Shown here: positions 10,128-20,414 of the stretch, piece after piece
Numbering within the stretch: the first letter of the stretch is position 1
Layout of the letters: the number at the start of each line of letters is the position of its first letter
DNA from: a bacterium
Lineage (GTDB): Bacteria; Patescibacteriota; Minisyncoccia; Phycocordibacterales; CAIZLB01
Reading direction: 5' to 3'
DNA: 64,000 bases
Assembly (NCBI GenBank): GCA_037127815.1
Contig: JBAXXP010000001.1
Span: forward strand, 16,936 to 80,935
Made by a program: the position numbers and the translations under genes
Notes under the pieces: generated by a model
Database searches by the model: none
Told to the model about the DNA's origin: nothing
The model's input: the letters and a program-made list of their open reading frames with translations, nothing else

Positions 10128-12032
10128 TTATATTCTTAGTTTATGCAACAAATCCTTCAAAACAATTGTTGCAACGCCAATAACACTGTCTCCTGCTCCA
10201 TAATAAATATAAGCTCTTTCATCTCTTAGAACCAAACTACATGGGAATACAACCTTAGGAACAAGACCATTTAATTCATAAGGATCTTCTGGCTCAAAAA
10301 TTGGAGCTGCAGTTCTTGCTTTTACAATTGTTGGATTTTCTAAATCCAAGAGCACAGCACCCACACGATACGTTTTATTTTTTGAAATACCATGATACAA
10401 AAGAAGCCATCCTTCTTCTGTCTTTATTGGAGGGCCTGCAATACCAACCTTAACACCATCCCACATACCAGGTTGCGGATTCAATACTTCTATACATCTA
10501 CTAATTTTTTCTTTAGTAAAATCAAGTGTTGCAACAAAGTCTGCGCAAATACTTGTGTTAACTCTGTGTATTATCATGTACTTACCACCAATTTTCTCAG
10601 GAAAAATTACAGCGTCTTTATTAGGTATATTTGACGGAGTAATAACATTTGGCATTTCCCAATTATCCCATTTTCTATTCACAAAATCTTCAATAGAAAT
10701 GGAACTTACTGCAACACGCGGGGTAACACCATCATAGGCAGTGTATGTCATGTAAATTCTTCCTTCAATTTCTATAATACGAGGGTCTTCACATCCATAA
10801 TTTCCACTAGCTCCAATGCTTCTTTCAAAATCGGTACGGGGTGAATAAATTGGAGTATTAGGCCTTTCGTCGATTTTTAAACCATCACTACTTACAGCAT
10901 AACCAAGGACAGAGAGATTGGTTGACGATGCTGCTCTGTAGATAATATGAGTTTGACCGTTAATATTAATTGCCGCTGGATTAATTGTTCCACCAGCTTC
11001 CCAAAGAAGCCCTTGTCGTGGAGTGATTATTGGATTCCCAGCAAAGCGCTTAAATTTATGTTCAAGCTTAGAATCCGTCATCATATCCAAAAGATTTTCC
11101 ATATATATAGTAGCTGTAGCACAGTGTGTATCAGCTGCTCCGTAGAATATTTCCAATCTTCCTTCCTTAACTAGTGCTCCTGTTGGAAATACAATATTTA
11201 TAATATGCCCAGTCTTTTCATAATATGTATCAGGCACCATAAATGGACCCTTTGTTCTTCCCACAATACGTCTTGGATCTACTAAATCAAGCAAAACGGC
11301 CTCAACACCAAAAACAGGAGCCGAACTATTGTATTCCTGAATATGTGAATATATAAAAAGCCACCCCTTATCTGTTCTTATTGGAGGTGTCCCCATCTCA
11401 ACCTGTTCATTATCTTTTCTTCTAAGAATTATTTTATGAACATCCATGTGCGCCATCCACTCTATCCACTTATTTTCATTCCACATATCTTCAACGTTAT
11501 CAAACTCTGCATAGCAAATATCGGACATTTTAAGATCTGTATTTACAGTAAGAAGCGCTGCAAACTTTCCATTTATTTTTTCTGGAAACAGGACCATCGC
11601 CTTTGCATTAAAGGGTGTAATAAGGTGTTTCTCCCTAACTGTTTCCAAATCATCAGATATTGCAACAGCAACCTTTATATTGTCCGATGAATATGGGTAA
11701 CCCCCAAGTGCTGTATAAAAAATATAATATGTGTCATCAACCTTGGTAATTCTTGGATCCTCGCAACCAGCTTTATCGTAATCTGTATTTGGACCAAAGA
11801 AAACTTTCCTATCTTCAAAATGCACCCCATCATCTGCTATTCCAACACCAATTACAGAAGTACTTATATACGGGTACAAAAGAAGGTCTGGGCGTGACAT
11901 TGCTCTATAGAAAAGATATGTCTTATCTCCTTTTACTATTGGACACCCATTAAACGATGCGCTAGCCTCCCATGGATGATCCTTAATTGGTGATAATATT
12001 GGATTGTGTTCTGATCTGGTTAATGTAAACAT
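10128..12032 (-). CDS. Tandem two-domain GH130 glycoside phosphorylase/hydrolase
   Basis: Two copies of NPI..P, GCEDPRI, FPEKI.GK, PPI.T..GW, VFP, YGA.D. Confidence 0.88.
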   Translation of the reverse strand: MFTLTRSEHNPILSPIKDHPWEASASFNGCPIVKGDKTYLFYRAMSRPDLLLYPYISTSVIGVGIADDGVHFEDRKVFFGPNTDYDKAGCEDPRITKVDDTYYIFYTALGGYPYSSDNIKVAVAISDDLETVREKHLITPFNAKAMVLFPEKINGKFAALLTVNTDLKMSDICYAEFDNVEDMWNENKWIEWMAHMDVHKIILRRKDNEQVEMGTPPIRTDKGWLFIYSHIQEYNSSAPVFGVEAVLLDLVDPRRIVGRTKGPFMVPDTYYEKTGHIINIVFPTGALVKEGRLEIFYGAADTHCATATIYMENLLDMMTDSKLEHKFKRFAGNPIITPRQGLLWEAGGTINPAAININGQTHIIYRAASSTNLSVLGYAVSSDGLKIDERPNTPIYSPRTDFERSIGASGNYGCEDPRIIEIEGRIYMTYTAYDGVTPRVAVSSISIEDFVNRKWDNWEMPNVITPSNIPNKDAVIFPEKIGGKYMIIHRVNTSICADFVATLDFTKEKISRCIEVLNPQPGMWDGVKVGIAGPPIKTEEGWLLLYHGISKNKTYRVGAVLLDLENPTIVKARTAAPIFEPEDPYELNGLVPKVVFPCSLVLRDERAYIYYGAGDSVIGVATIVLKDLLHKLRI

Positions 12033-12076
12033 GTTTTATTCTTTGGTTATATTTTATTTATTATCGATATCTTTTC

Positions 12077-13207
12077 CTAAACCTTTCCGTAGGTTACCAA
12101 CCAATCTAATAGTGGTTTCAAAGGGGTCTTTGCAACACAAACATGTTTATCACCACCTCCATAATAAACATACAGATCATCATCTTGAAGAATTGCACCT
12201 GAAGCATATACAACACCCGGTTTTTCATCATTCTCATAATTCTCTACAGGCTCAAGTATTGGCGAAGGAGAACGATACAAAATCTTTGTTGGATCTTCAA
12301 AATCCAAAATCATACATCCTAACTTATATTTATTTGGATCACTCTTATCCATTGCGTGGTACAAAAGTAACCAACCGATTTCTGTTCTGATAGGTGGTGA
12401 TCCCGCACCTCTTACCCAATTATCCCACTGATCCTCTCTTCCTCCTGAAGGCGCGGAGCTTTGAATAAATTCTTCATCGATACGATCAATGTCATCAATA
12501 TATCCAATTCTAATTTCTGGAGAAATACTGTGAATTACAGCAAATTTTCCATTTAGCTTTTCTGGAAATAATACCCAATTTTTATTTATGTCTTTTGCAG
12601 ATGAAATAAATTTTGGTTTTTTCCAATTCCATTTTCCTTTTTTAAAATCCTCCATTGAAATAGAGGTCAATGCCATACGCACTGATCCCCAACCTTCAAA
12701 AGCTGTGTAGGTCATGTAAATACGATCACCAATCACAACTGCCCTTGGGTCTTCAGTTCCTCCCCATCCTCCACCAGAAGCGTAAACCATTGGATTATAA
12801 AAATGCGGTCTATCCTCCTCGCATTCATTTTCTATACAAAAAGTTGAGACAGAGACATAAACAGGATAATTATACCTTTCATCAAAAACAATTCCGTCCT
12901 GACTATTTGCATATCCAATACGTGAAAGTCCATCATCCCCCACAGCTCTGTATAACATATGAACAACACCGTCATCATCTTTTATGATTGCAGGGTTGAA
13001 TGTTCCAATGTTCTCCCATTTATTTAGGAGAGAAGGACTTATAACAGGATTGTTTACATTACGATCCAGATGAATACCGTCTACGGAGACTTCTGGAGTC
13101 TTAATTGAGATCTGCTTCTTTCTGAAAATCGAAACGATAAGCACCCCTAGAAATATAATCGCTAATACCCAAAATGGGTTTGTTATTATTTCTTTTAAAT
13201 TAGGCAT
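12077..13207 (-). CDS. Membrane-anchored GH130 family protein
   Basis: N-terminal TM helix, FNPA, EDPRA, NKNWVLFPEK, PPIRTEIGWLLLYH, YYGGGD. Confidence 0.85.
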   Translation of the reverse strand: MPNLKEIITNPFWVLAIIFLGVLIVSIFRKKQISIKTPEVSVDGIHLDRNVNNPVISPSLLNKWENIGTFNPAIIKDDDGVVHMLYRAVGDDGLSRIGYANSQDGIVFDERYNYPVYVSVSTFCIENECEEDRPHFYNPMVYASGGGWGGTEDPRAVVIGDRIYMTYTAFEGWGSVRMALTSISMEDFKKGKWNWKKPKFISSAKDINKNWVLFPEKLNGKFAVIHSISPEIRIGYIDDIDRIDEEFIQSSAPSGGREDQWDNWVRGAGSPPIRTEIGWLLLYHAMDKSDPNKYKLGCMILDFEDPTKILYRSPSPILEPVENYENDEKPGVVYASGAILQDDDLYVYYGGGDKHVCVAKTPLKPLLDWLVTYGKV

Positions 13208-13213
13208 TTATTT

Positions 13214-13594
13214 TTACTTTACTCTATTGTATTTATCCTCAATACGAACGATGTCTTCCTCATCAAAAGTTCCGTATGCTATTTCTAAAAAAGTGACATT
13301 CTCATCACCAGCTTCAATTCTGTGTAACATCTTTCTAGGAATGAATAGCTCAAGACCTGCTTTTATTTCTATTTTCTCTTCGCCTACTGTAGCTATTCCG
13401 TTACCAGAAAGGATGTACCAGAACTCATCACGCGAATCATGATATTGCAAACTAAAAGCTTGACCACTGTTTACAGTAATAGTCTTTACCGTACAGGGTA
13501 AATTTTCCACAAATTTTACAAAATCACCCCAAGGGCGTTTTTCCTTATATGATTTTGGGGGATTTTCTATTGTAAATTGTGTTGTCATTTGCAT
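13214..13594 (-). CDS. Cupin, mannose-6-phosphate isomerase type II-like
   Basis: RPWG, SLQYH..R.EFW, HRI, EI..G.FDEEDIVRIEDKYNR. Confidence 0.88.
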   Translation of the reverse strand: MQMTTQFTIENPPKSYKEKRPWGDFVKFVENLPCTVKTITVNSGQAFSLQYHDSRDEFWYILSGNGIATVGEEKIEIKAGLELFIPRKMLHRIEAGDENVTFLEIAYGTFDEEDIVRIEDKYNRVK

Positions 13595-13649
13595 TGATTA
13601 TTATATCACAACGTGCCCTTTTTTTGTCTATTTGTTTGTACTTATTGCA

Positions 13650-14924
13650 TTACCAGGCCTTAATCTTTGTATTTACAAAGATTCTATACTTTTCTAGGTT
13701 GTCTTGTTCTCTTTTGGAGACATTAATGCTTACTGGAATTTTATCAGCATCGAGTGGTAGAACTGTATAATATTTGTTTCCATTTTTGTCTGACCCTCTC
13801 TTTACCCATGTACCCATAAAATCTGGTGTTATAGACAGAGTACTACTGCCATTAACCCTGCTGGGATTAATTTCTTTTGTAATTTCAAGCTTAAGTATTC
13901 CTCCAAGGTCCGTATATGGATTGGTCATTCCAGACACAAAATTTCCAAGTGAATATATAACTAGACACTTTTCACCATTAGTACTTTTCAAAAATGTTAT
14001 AGGTTCCAGTACATGAGGATGATCTCCTAGAACAATATTTGCACCACTGTTACATGCCAGCTGTGCAAGTTCTCGTTGAGATGCATTCTCTTGTAATTTA
14101 TACTCTACCCCAAAATGTAATGCTGTCACAATTACATCAACATTTTGTTTTTTTAAATCATTTATGTCCCTTACTATTTGCTCTTTATTAATATATGAAA
14201 GCATTCCAGATTTACTTTTAGGTAATGTTAGGCCGTTTGTATCATAAGTATATGAAACAAAACCAAATTTAAGTCCGTTCTTTTCAGTAATTTGATAATT
14301 AGAAATAGGTGAAACAATTCCATTTGGTAATGAACTTGTGCCAGATAGAGCAATTTTAGTATCGGGCTGAATTCTAGCACCCAATCCAATTAAGCCAGAA
14401 TTCTCGACATTCTTAATTGTATTCGTAAGGCCTACAACACCCCTATCGAGCGCGTGATTATTTGCCAAAGACACATGAGTAAAATAATTATTTTTTAATT
14501 CAGTTAATATTTCTGCAGGAGCATTAAACCTTGGATACCCAGAGTATTTTAATTCCTTTCCTGCAATTGGCGTTTCTAAATTAGCATAAACAATATCCGC
14601 ATTATTTAAATACGGTTTTATGTTTACAAAAAAACTTGAGAAATCATATTTACCATTTTTTTTATTATAAGTAGCATCAAGTTGTGCCTGATGCATCATA
14701 ATATCTCCAACAGCGAGAAGCGTCACCTTTCTAACCACTGGGGCCGGCTCAACTTGTTTTATAGAGTCAGCTCCCGCAACCTGCGCGGAGAGACTTGATT
14801 CTACTTTTTTAAAATATTTACCATATTGTGTGTTTACAAAAAAACCTCCGATTATGAAAACAGCTGTTGCTGTTAGGTAAAATGCATAATGACTAATTCT
14901 TCCTGATTGATTTTTGAGTATCAT
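13650..14924 (-). CDS. CapA family (PGA_cap) metallophosphoesterase-fold protein
   Basis: AVGDIM, NLETP, SLANNHALD, HFGVEY, GDHPHV, YSLGNF. Confidence 0.88.
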   Translation of the reverse strand: MILKNQSGRISHYAFYLTATAVFIIGGFFVNTQYGKYFKKVESSLSAQVAGADSIKQVEPAPVVRKVTLLAVGDIMMHQAQLDATYNKKNGKYDFSSFFVNIKPYLNNADIVYANLETPIAGKELKYSGYPRFNAPAEILTELKNNYFTHVSLANNHALDRGVVGLTNTIKNVENSGLIGLGARIQPDTKIALSGTSSLPNGIVSPISNYQITEKNGLKFGFVSYTYDTNGLTLPKSKSGMLSYINKEQIVRDINDLKKQNVDVIVTALHFGVEYKLQENASQRELAQLACNSGANIVLGDHPHVLEPITFLKSTNGEKCLVIYSLGNFVSGMTNPYTDLGGILKLEITKEINPSRVNGSSTLSITPDFMGTWVKRGSDKNGNKYYTVLPLDADKIPVSINVSKREQDNLEKYRIFVNTKIKAW

Positions 14925-14941
14925 TTTATATTATATCTTTA

Positions 14942-15505
14942 TTATTCAGCTTCATTAAAATTTTCAGCATTTTGAATCATAAATTCCCGAACACTTTTTA
15001 ATGCAATATTTCGCATTGCAAAAGAAGACCTTTCTTCATCTAACATTTCGGCGTATGTTTTATCATATCCATCTGGAATGAATATAGATGACCAGCCAAA
15101 ACTATTTGTGCCCTTTGGTGAATCAGAAATAGTACCAGACATTGATCCATCAAATAGATGAACAGTTTCTCCATCGCAAAAACCATAGCAAACTTTAGCT
15201 GTACATCTCCTATCTTTTCCATCAATAAGTCTACAAAGGCCTTCATTTTCAAGTTCTTTTAAAAACCATTTAATTAGTGGGCCAGGCAGTTTTCCCAAGG
15301 CATGAAAAACAAAAGAGACATCCTCCACAAGAACAGGTTTTCCAATTTTACTATATGCACGCAAAGCTTTATCTTTTACAATTTCTTCTAGATCTAAAGA
15401 TTGTATTTCTTCCAAATCAAGTGAATGATGGTCTATTTCAAGACCTAGGTACCTACTAACCTCTTCGGCCTTTCCAGCATTTCCAGTTATAAAGGTTATT
15501 TTCAT
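14942..15505 (-). CDS. Non-canonical purine NTP pyrophosphatase (Ham1/ITPase family)
   Basis: FITGNAGK, EEIQ, VED..F..AL.KLPGPLIKWF, FGW; usual SHR motif reads AMR. Confidence 0.85.
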   Translation of the reverse strand: MKITFITGNAGKAEEVSRYLGLEIDHHSLDLEEIQSLDLEEIVKDKALRAYSKIGKPVLVEDVSFVFHALGKLPGPLIKWFLKELENEGLCRLIDGKDRRCTAKVCYGFCDGETVHLFDGSMSGTISDSPKGTNSFGWSSIFIPDGYDKTYAEMLDEERSSFAMRNIALKSVREFMIQNAENFNEAE

Positions 15506-15553
15506 ACATTTAATATATCATATAACACCCCGGGGAAGAACTTCTTTTTAATG

Positions 15554-16279
15554 CTAAAGTTTACTGTATAGTAATTTAAAAATTTTAGTTTGAAACTGAG
15601 CAATCATCTCATTTTCTATAACAATTGCTGTCTTACTATTATAATCAATCAAAGCCACCTTATTTCCATAAATGATTTGAGTAATATTTAAATCAAATAA
15701 ATTATAACTATTTGGTACCGTTCTGACAGATCTGCCAAGTTTTGCATGACCAGCATTTTTTGAGGATTCATCTGTAATAACTAATCTTTCAAGGGATTTC
15801 CTATCTCTTATAATTTTATAATCTGCCGGAACATATTTTTTGCGGGATAATGTCAGTCCAGAACTGTATCTATAATAGATAGCGTTTTTGGGTAAACTAT
15901 GTACAACATCTGAAAACACAGCCTTGATTGCACTATCACCTTCTGTAAAGGTAACGATTGGTTTCTTGTCTCTCATTTTATAAGTCTCATGAAGTTCATG
16001 GATCTCCGCATTAAAGTTATCCTCCAAATCATTAAAAAGTTTTTCTAGCTTTTCTGGAGATTCTGCAACATACAACTTATACTTACCTTTTGGCATAGCA
16101 TTAACTAACCCCAAACTAGATAGATTTGGTAATGCCTTATAAACAGTTGGCCTATGTAATTTTGTCTCTCTTATAATATCTGAAATAGAAGCAGGACCTA
16201 GTTTCAAAAGACCCTTATAAATCAAGGCTTCTTCTTTACTCATCCCTATTTGTTCCAGTACAGTTTTGTTTATTTTCAT
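15554..16279 (-). CDS. TrmB family transcriptional regulator
   Basis: GMSKEEALIYKGLL HTH, HRPTVYKAL, C-terminal IYGNKVA. Confidence 0.8.
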   Translation of the reverse strand: MKINKTVLEQIGMSKEEALIYKGLLKLGPASISDIIRETKLHRPTVYKALPNLSSLGLVNAMPKGKYKLYVAESPEKLEKLFNDLEDNFNAEIHELHETYKMRDKKPIVTFTEGDSAIKAVFSDVVHSLPKNAIYYRYSSGLTLSRKKYVPADYKIIRDRKSLERLVITDESSKNAGHAKLGRSVRTVPNSYNLFDLNITQIIYGNKVALIDYNSKTAIVIENEMIAQFQTKIFKLLYSKL

Positions 16280-16452
16280 AAGTTGTAATGTTTTGTTACA
16301 ACTTAATATATCACTATTAACTATGTAAATCAAGGGTGCTACAGCAGGCTCTCTGTTTAATGTACAAATTTTAGCATTTTCAAATACAAGTTTGTTGATT
16401 TGAACTATAGTTTAATCAGAAAAGAAATTAACAATTAACAGCAAACAAAACC

Positions 16453-17364
16453 ATGAAAAACAAAATCGAAAACACTAGGGTTAAGCAAATTGGGAATATC
16501 ATTCTTCAAAACCTTGTTCCACAGGCAATACAAATAATTCAAGATGAATGTCATGACCTGACTATAATCAAGAAGGTTGGCTATGATGGAGTGAAGCCTG
16601 ACCTTGCAACTAATGGTGACAGAAAAGCACAGGAAATGTACATGCGAGAAATCGCCAAACACTTCCCTGACTTTGGAATCATCGCCGAGGAAGATGGGGT
16701 TGCCTTTGATGGCAAAGATAATGGCGAGGATGGAGAGAAGGGCGAAGATATATATTTCACTATTGATCCACTAGATGGAACCAAGGCGTATGAACGTGGT
16801 GCAGGACAAGGTGTTGGAACAATGATTGCCCTCTGTAAAGACAACGATGTCATTGCAGCTTACATCGGCGACGCAAACACTGGTGAGACATACGGTTTTG
16901 CAGACATGGAAAAAAGAGGCGCAGCCATAAGGCAAAGATTTGGTGTAACAACCAACTTAAAGCCCAGAACTGATAAACCTCTAGCTGAACAATATGTACT
17001 CTTGCGTGAAATGCCTCGCAAGCAACCCGAGTTAATTAATAAAATGATTAACGATATAACAGCAGGTGGGCTATTTAAGGACGCTGAGGTTACAGGAGGA
17101 AGTATTGGTACAGCTTTTGCAAGGTTGTGGAAGGGAGAGGTTGGAGCGATGGTTCTTCAGCCAGGATTCAATACACCATGGGATCTTGCTCCAACACTTG
17201 GTATTAGCCGTAGGCTTGGCTACAAGTTTTTCAAACTTTTAGATGGTAAACTCATTGAGAATGAGCCAATGCTTACAAAGACTGTTGTTGAGAAACCATA
17301 CACAGAAATTGTTGTCCATGAAGCTCATGAAAAGGAATTGATGGAGTGGTTGAAGGTTAATTAA
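16453..17364 (+). CDS. Inositol monophosphatase (FIG superfamily) protein
   Basis: DLAT.GD, IAEE, IDPLDGT, PWDLA. Confidence 0.85.
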   Translation: MKNKIENTRVKQIGNIILQNLVPQAIQIIQDECHDLTIIKKVGYDGVKPDLATNGDRKAQEMYMREIAKHFPDFGIIAEEDGVAFDGKDNGEDGEKGEDIYFTIDPLDGTKAYERGAGQGVGTMIALCKDNDVIAAYIGDANTGETYGFADMEKRGAAIRQRFGVTTNLKPRTDKPLAEQYVLLREMPRKQPELINKMINDITAGGLFKDAEVTGGSIGTAFARLWKGEVGAMVLQPGFNTPWDLAPTLGISRRLGYKFFKLLDGKLIENEPMLTKTVVEKPYTEIVVHEAHEKELMEWLKVN

Positions 17365-17378
17365 CAGCGGAATAAACC

Positions 17379-17415
17379 GCAATGCCCCGGCGCCAGAATG
17401 GCGCCGGGGCATTGC
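17379..17415. terminator. GC-rich 17-bp perfect hairpin between convergent genes
   Basis: GCAATGCCCCGGCGCCA-GAA-TGGCGCCGGGGCATTGC, no U-tract. Confidence 0.6.
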
Positions 17416-17482
17416 AAATGTTTAAACGTTTCCGTTCAATATACTCGTGCTATATCCAATCATAAAAAAACAATTCCTTCTG

Positions 17483-18376
17483 TTAGAGATTATCCATCCC
17501 TGGCCTTCTGATTAATGTAGAATAATTCTCAGCATACCCAGTTTTTTGAGAAATATCTGTAATGTAAAATTTCTTTCTAGCCTGATCTATAGTAAGTTTT
17601 GTATCGATTAACCCACTATCTAACGCCATCTTATCGGCATGACTTGTAAGCACTACTTGCCAGTCAAAAGACGTTAACATTCCTGGCCAAAGTTTGTTCA
17701 CATGTCCTGCAATACTTGATGTACAATTTGCAAAGATAGAGTTGTACCATGCAGGGTGAATAGATAACTCGTTCATTCTATTTAACATATCCACAAGCAA
17801 TAACTTACCATCTTTTTGATTAGCTTTAAGTGGGTATATATAAATGTCAGCCTTGAATATATTTGCACGAACATAAATAGCATCCCTCTCGTCCGTTGCA
17901 ATATACATCAATGGAAAAGTACGAATAGTTCCATTCACCGGGCTGTATTTTTGACCCTTTGTTAATCTTCCTTCAATTGTAATTACCAAAAATGAATTAT
18001 CTTCAAATTCAAATGATAAAAAGGTATGAGCAAAAGAACTATCTGGACTGAATGGAGCTGTTATGTACCAAACTTTTTTTAACTTATTCAAATCATAGGT
18101 TTTATCATAGTACACCTCAATAGTTGGGTTCCCATTAGCATCATATTGAAAATTTCTGACATTTTTGACCGTGACTAAATTATCTTTAAATTCAGCTGTA
18201 GACAGTACTTTTAAGGTATCCTTCCAGTCTCCATCAGTTGGAACTTTTTTTGTTGCTTGCCAAATGATAAAAACAGCGAGGATTATACAAATTAGAGACA
18301 GGGTGAATTTTAGTATTTTTCTGAATTTGAAGCCCTTCCTGATTTTTGCCATGTGAGATGGTTTCGTGTTTTTCAT
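17483..18376 (-). CDS. DUF4105 family membrane-anchored protein
   Basis: NVRNF.Y, AHTFLSFEF, DERD..VR, WYNSIFANCT. Confidence 0.8.
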   Translation of the reverse strand: MKNTKPSHMAKIRKGFKFRKILKFTLSLICIILAVFIIWQATKKVPTDGDWKDTLKVLSTAEFKDNLVTVKNVRNFQYDANGNPTIEVYYDKTYDLNKLKKVWYITAPFSPDSSFAHTFLSFEFEDNSFLVITIEGRLTKGQKYSPVNGTIRTFPLMYIATDERDAIYVRANIFKADIYIYPLKANQKDGKLLLVDMLNRMNELSIHPAWYNSIFANCTSSIAGHVNKLWPGMLTSFDWQVVLTSHADKMALDSGLIDTKLTIDQARKKFYITDISQKTGYAENYSTLIRRPGMDNL

Positions 18377-18437
18377 TTAGTTCATTATAAAACAAAAGCA
18401 ATACAATTACACGCAAAAATCAAAAGATTTTTATATA

Positions 18438-18569
18438 TTTTACGCTTAAAAACATTGTCCCTCGCTAAGCTCGGGATGATTTAGGCTAATATTGATGCGC
18501 TTCGCACCTAATAAGAGGAACATCTACGTCAAAATCTGCTGATTTTGACGCGATTTTTACGCTTAAAAA
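18438..18569. mobile_element. Small structured insertion flanked by 15-bp direct repeats at the tRNA-Gln 3' flank
   Basis: TTTTACGCTTAAAAA at 18438-18452 and 18555-18569; internal hairpins TCCC..GGGA and CGTCAAAATC-TGCT-GATTTTGACG. Confidence 0.5.
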
Positions 18570-18570
18570 T

Positions 18571-18644
18571 TGGCTGCGAGACTTGGACTCGAACCAAGAT
18601 AGCGCCCTTCAGAGGGGCGCGTCCTACCATTAGACGATCTCGCA
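18571..18644 (-). tRNA. tRNA-Gln(CTG)
   Basis: Acceptor TGCGAGA/TCTCGCA, loop CTCTGAA, T-loop TTCGAGT, CCA encoded. Confidence 0.93.
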
Positions 18645-18779
18645 ATGTAAATAAAGAATATCATTTTAGACTCTCATAAACAAGGGGTTAAAAATAACAC
18701 TGATTACCACTTCAAAAACAAAAGCACCCCCTGTATGTTGGATGCTTTTTCTAGTTTACCAACCATATTATGAAACGTT

Positions 18780-19709
18780 TTAGACCTTCAAATACTTCTT
18801 CACCGCCAAATAACTTGAAACAGCACCGAGAATTAGTCCTGTTCCAACAACAACCATAAACATCTGTCCAAAATTTGAAACATAGTAGCTAAAGATATTT
18901 AGCCCAGTTCCAAGATTAAACGTAAGCGGACCAACATAATAAGTCATTGGATATAATAGAATCAAGGTTATAATTCCAGCTACGGCACCATACATTAAAC
19001 CAACAGTAACAAACGGACCTCTAATATACATTTCACTAGCACCAACTAATCTCATAACAGCAATTTCCTCTCTGAAGATGTAAATCGCCAATCTAACGGT
19101 ATTAAATGTTATTAAAATTGAAACGATTGCAAAGAACGTCACCACAATTGTTCCAAGCTTCCTTGAAGAATCCATTATTCTATTAAGCGCATCAATTGCT
19201 TGTTTATTGTTAGAATAGTTTACTCTATCAACAATACCCGCGCCATTTCCATCGACACCAGTTTTCTGACTATCCAAGAATTTTACGATTGACTCATATT
19301 GTGAAGGATTCTTTGCTCTAATATTAAAGCTAGCTCCAAGTGGGTTTGCCCCAATTTCATCTAATGCTTGAAGTGTAAGCTCATCATCTTGATGTCTCTT
19401 TCTAAATTGAGTTAATGACTCCTCTCTTGAAACAAATGTAGCTGAAGCAACTTCTGGCAAATTCTTAATAGACTTTTGAAGTGAAGCTATGTCTTCATCG
19501 CTTGCGGATTGAGTTAAATAAACATTAACATCAACCTTACTTTCAATTGATTTCAATGTCGATGTTAGCATCGCGCCAATAAAGATGATTGAAGATATGA
19601 CGAGTAGTGTCACAATCATCACGAGAACCGATGCCAGAGAAACTGATCCGTTTCTCCAGAAACTTACAAAACCTGACTTTAATGTTCTTTTTATATTTGT
19701 CCAAATCAT
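18780..19709 (-). CDS. ftsX: Cell division ABC permease FtsX
   Basis: RNG..S.AS, NPL.AS, NTVRLAI..REEI.VMRLVGA..YIRGPF. Confidence 0.92.
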   Translation of the reverse strand: MIWTNIKRTLKSGFVSFWRNGSVSLASVLVMIVTLLVISSIIFIGAMLTSTLKSIESKVDVNVYLTQSASDEDIASLQKSIKNLPEVASATFVSREESLTQFRKRHQDDELTLQALDEIGANPLGASFNIRAKNPSQYESIVKFLDSQKTGVDGNGAGIVDRVNYSNNKQAIDALNRIMDSSRKLGTIVVTFFAIVSILITFNTVRLAIYIFREEIAVMRLVGASEMYIRGPFVTVGLMYGAVAGIITLILLYPMTYYVGPLTFNLGTGLNIFSYYVSNFGQMFMVVVGTGLILGAVSSYLAVKKYLKV

Positions 19710-19766
19710 AAGTTTATTATAACCCCATATGTGGGAATTACAAAATCATGAAAAATAGATATACGG

Positions 19767-20383
19767 TTAGTTTCCAGCACAATATGACCGGTCCCAGACA
19801 TAAGGATCCGTTGGACCCACCAATTCCTTATTTAAATAAGAAATACCCACGTCTATAGGATTGTTTTGTTTATCAAGTACATACAAATTAAAATAATATT
19901 CGTTAAAGGATCTTTTACCCCCACAATCATAACCCCAACTACTATCCCAAGATAAAGGAGAAAGGTAGCTAACATTAACTGTGCCATAATTTGGGATAGT
20001 TTTTAGAATAGATATTAAATCTCCATTATACATTTTTTTTAACTGTAGATCAGCCGTAATATAAGTTGTAAAACCTCCGTCACTCCATACTGTATCACCA
20101 GGATCAAAATTAACATCACATTCACCATACTGACACAACGAAGAGGATGGGTAGTGACCGTAAGCTGTTCTGTACACTTCCAAAGACTTCATGAACTCCT
20201 CAAGAGAACTTTTAACCTTGGACATTTGCGCTTTTTGCCTAGCTATATTAACAGAAGCCAACACAATAGATGAAAGCAAGGCAATAATCGATATAACCAC
20301 CAAAAGCTCAATTAAAGTGAATCCTGCTTTTTTACTATTACCACCCCCCCCCTTGCTAGTTTTTTGTTTTTGAAAATATTCAT
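19767..20383 (-). pseudogene. Type IV pilin-like gene out of frame at a G9 tract (phase-off state or sequencing error)
   Basis: G|FTLIELLVVISIIALLSSIVLAS frame has no start codon upstream of the cleavage site; ATG 20383 joins it if G9 at 20344-20352 were G10 or G7. Confidence 0.75.
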
Positions 20384-20414
20384 TTTACTAGTTTTTCAGG
20401 TTTTTTTCTTTTTA

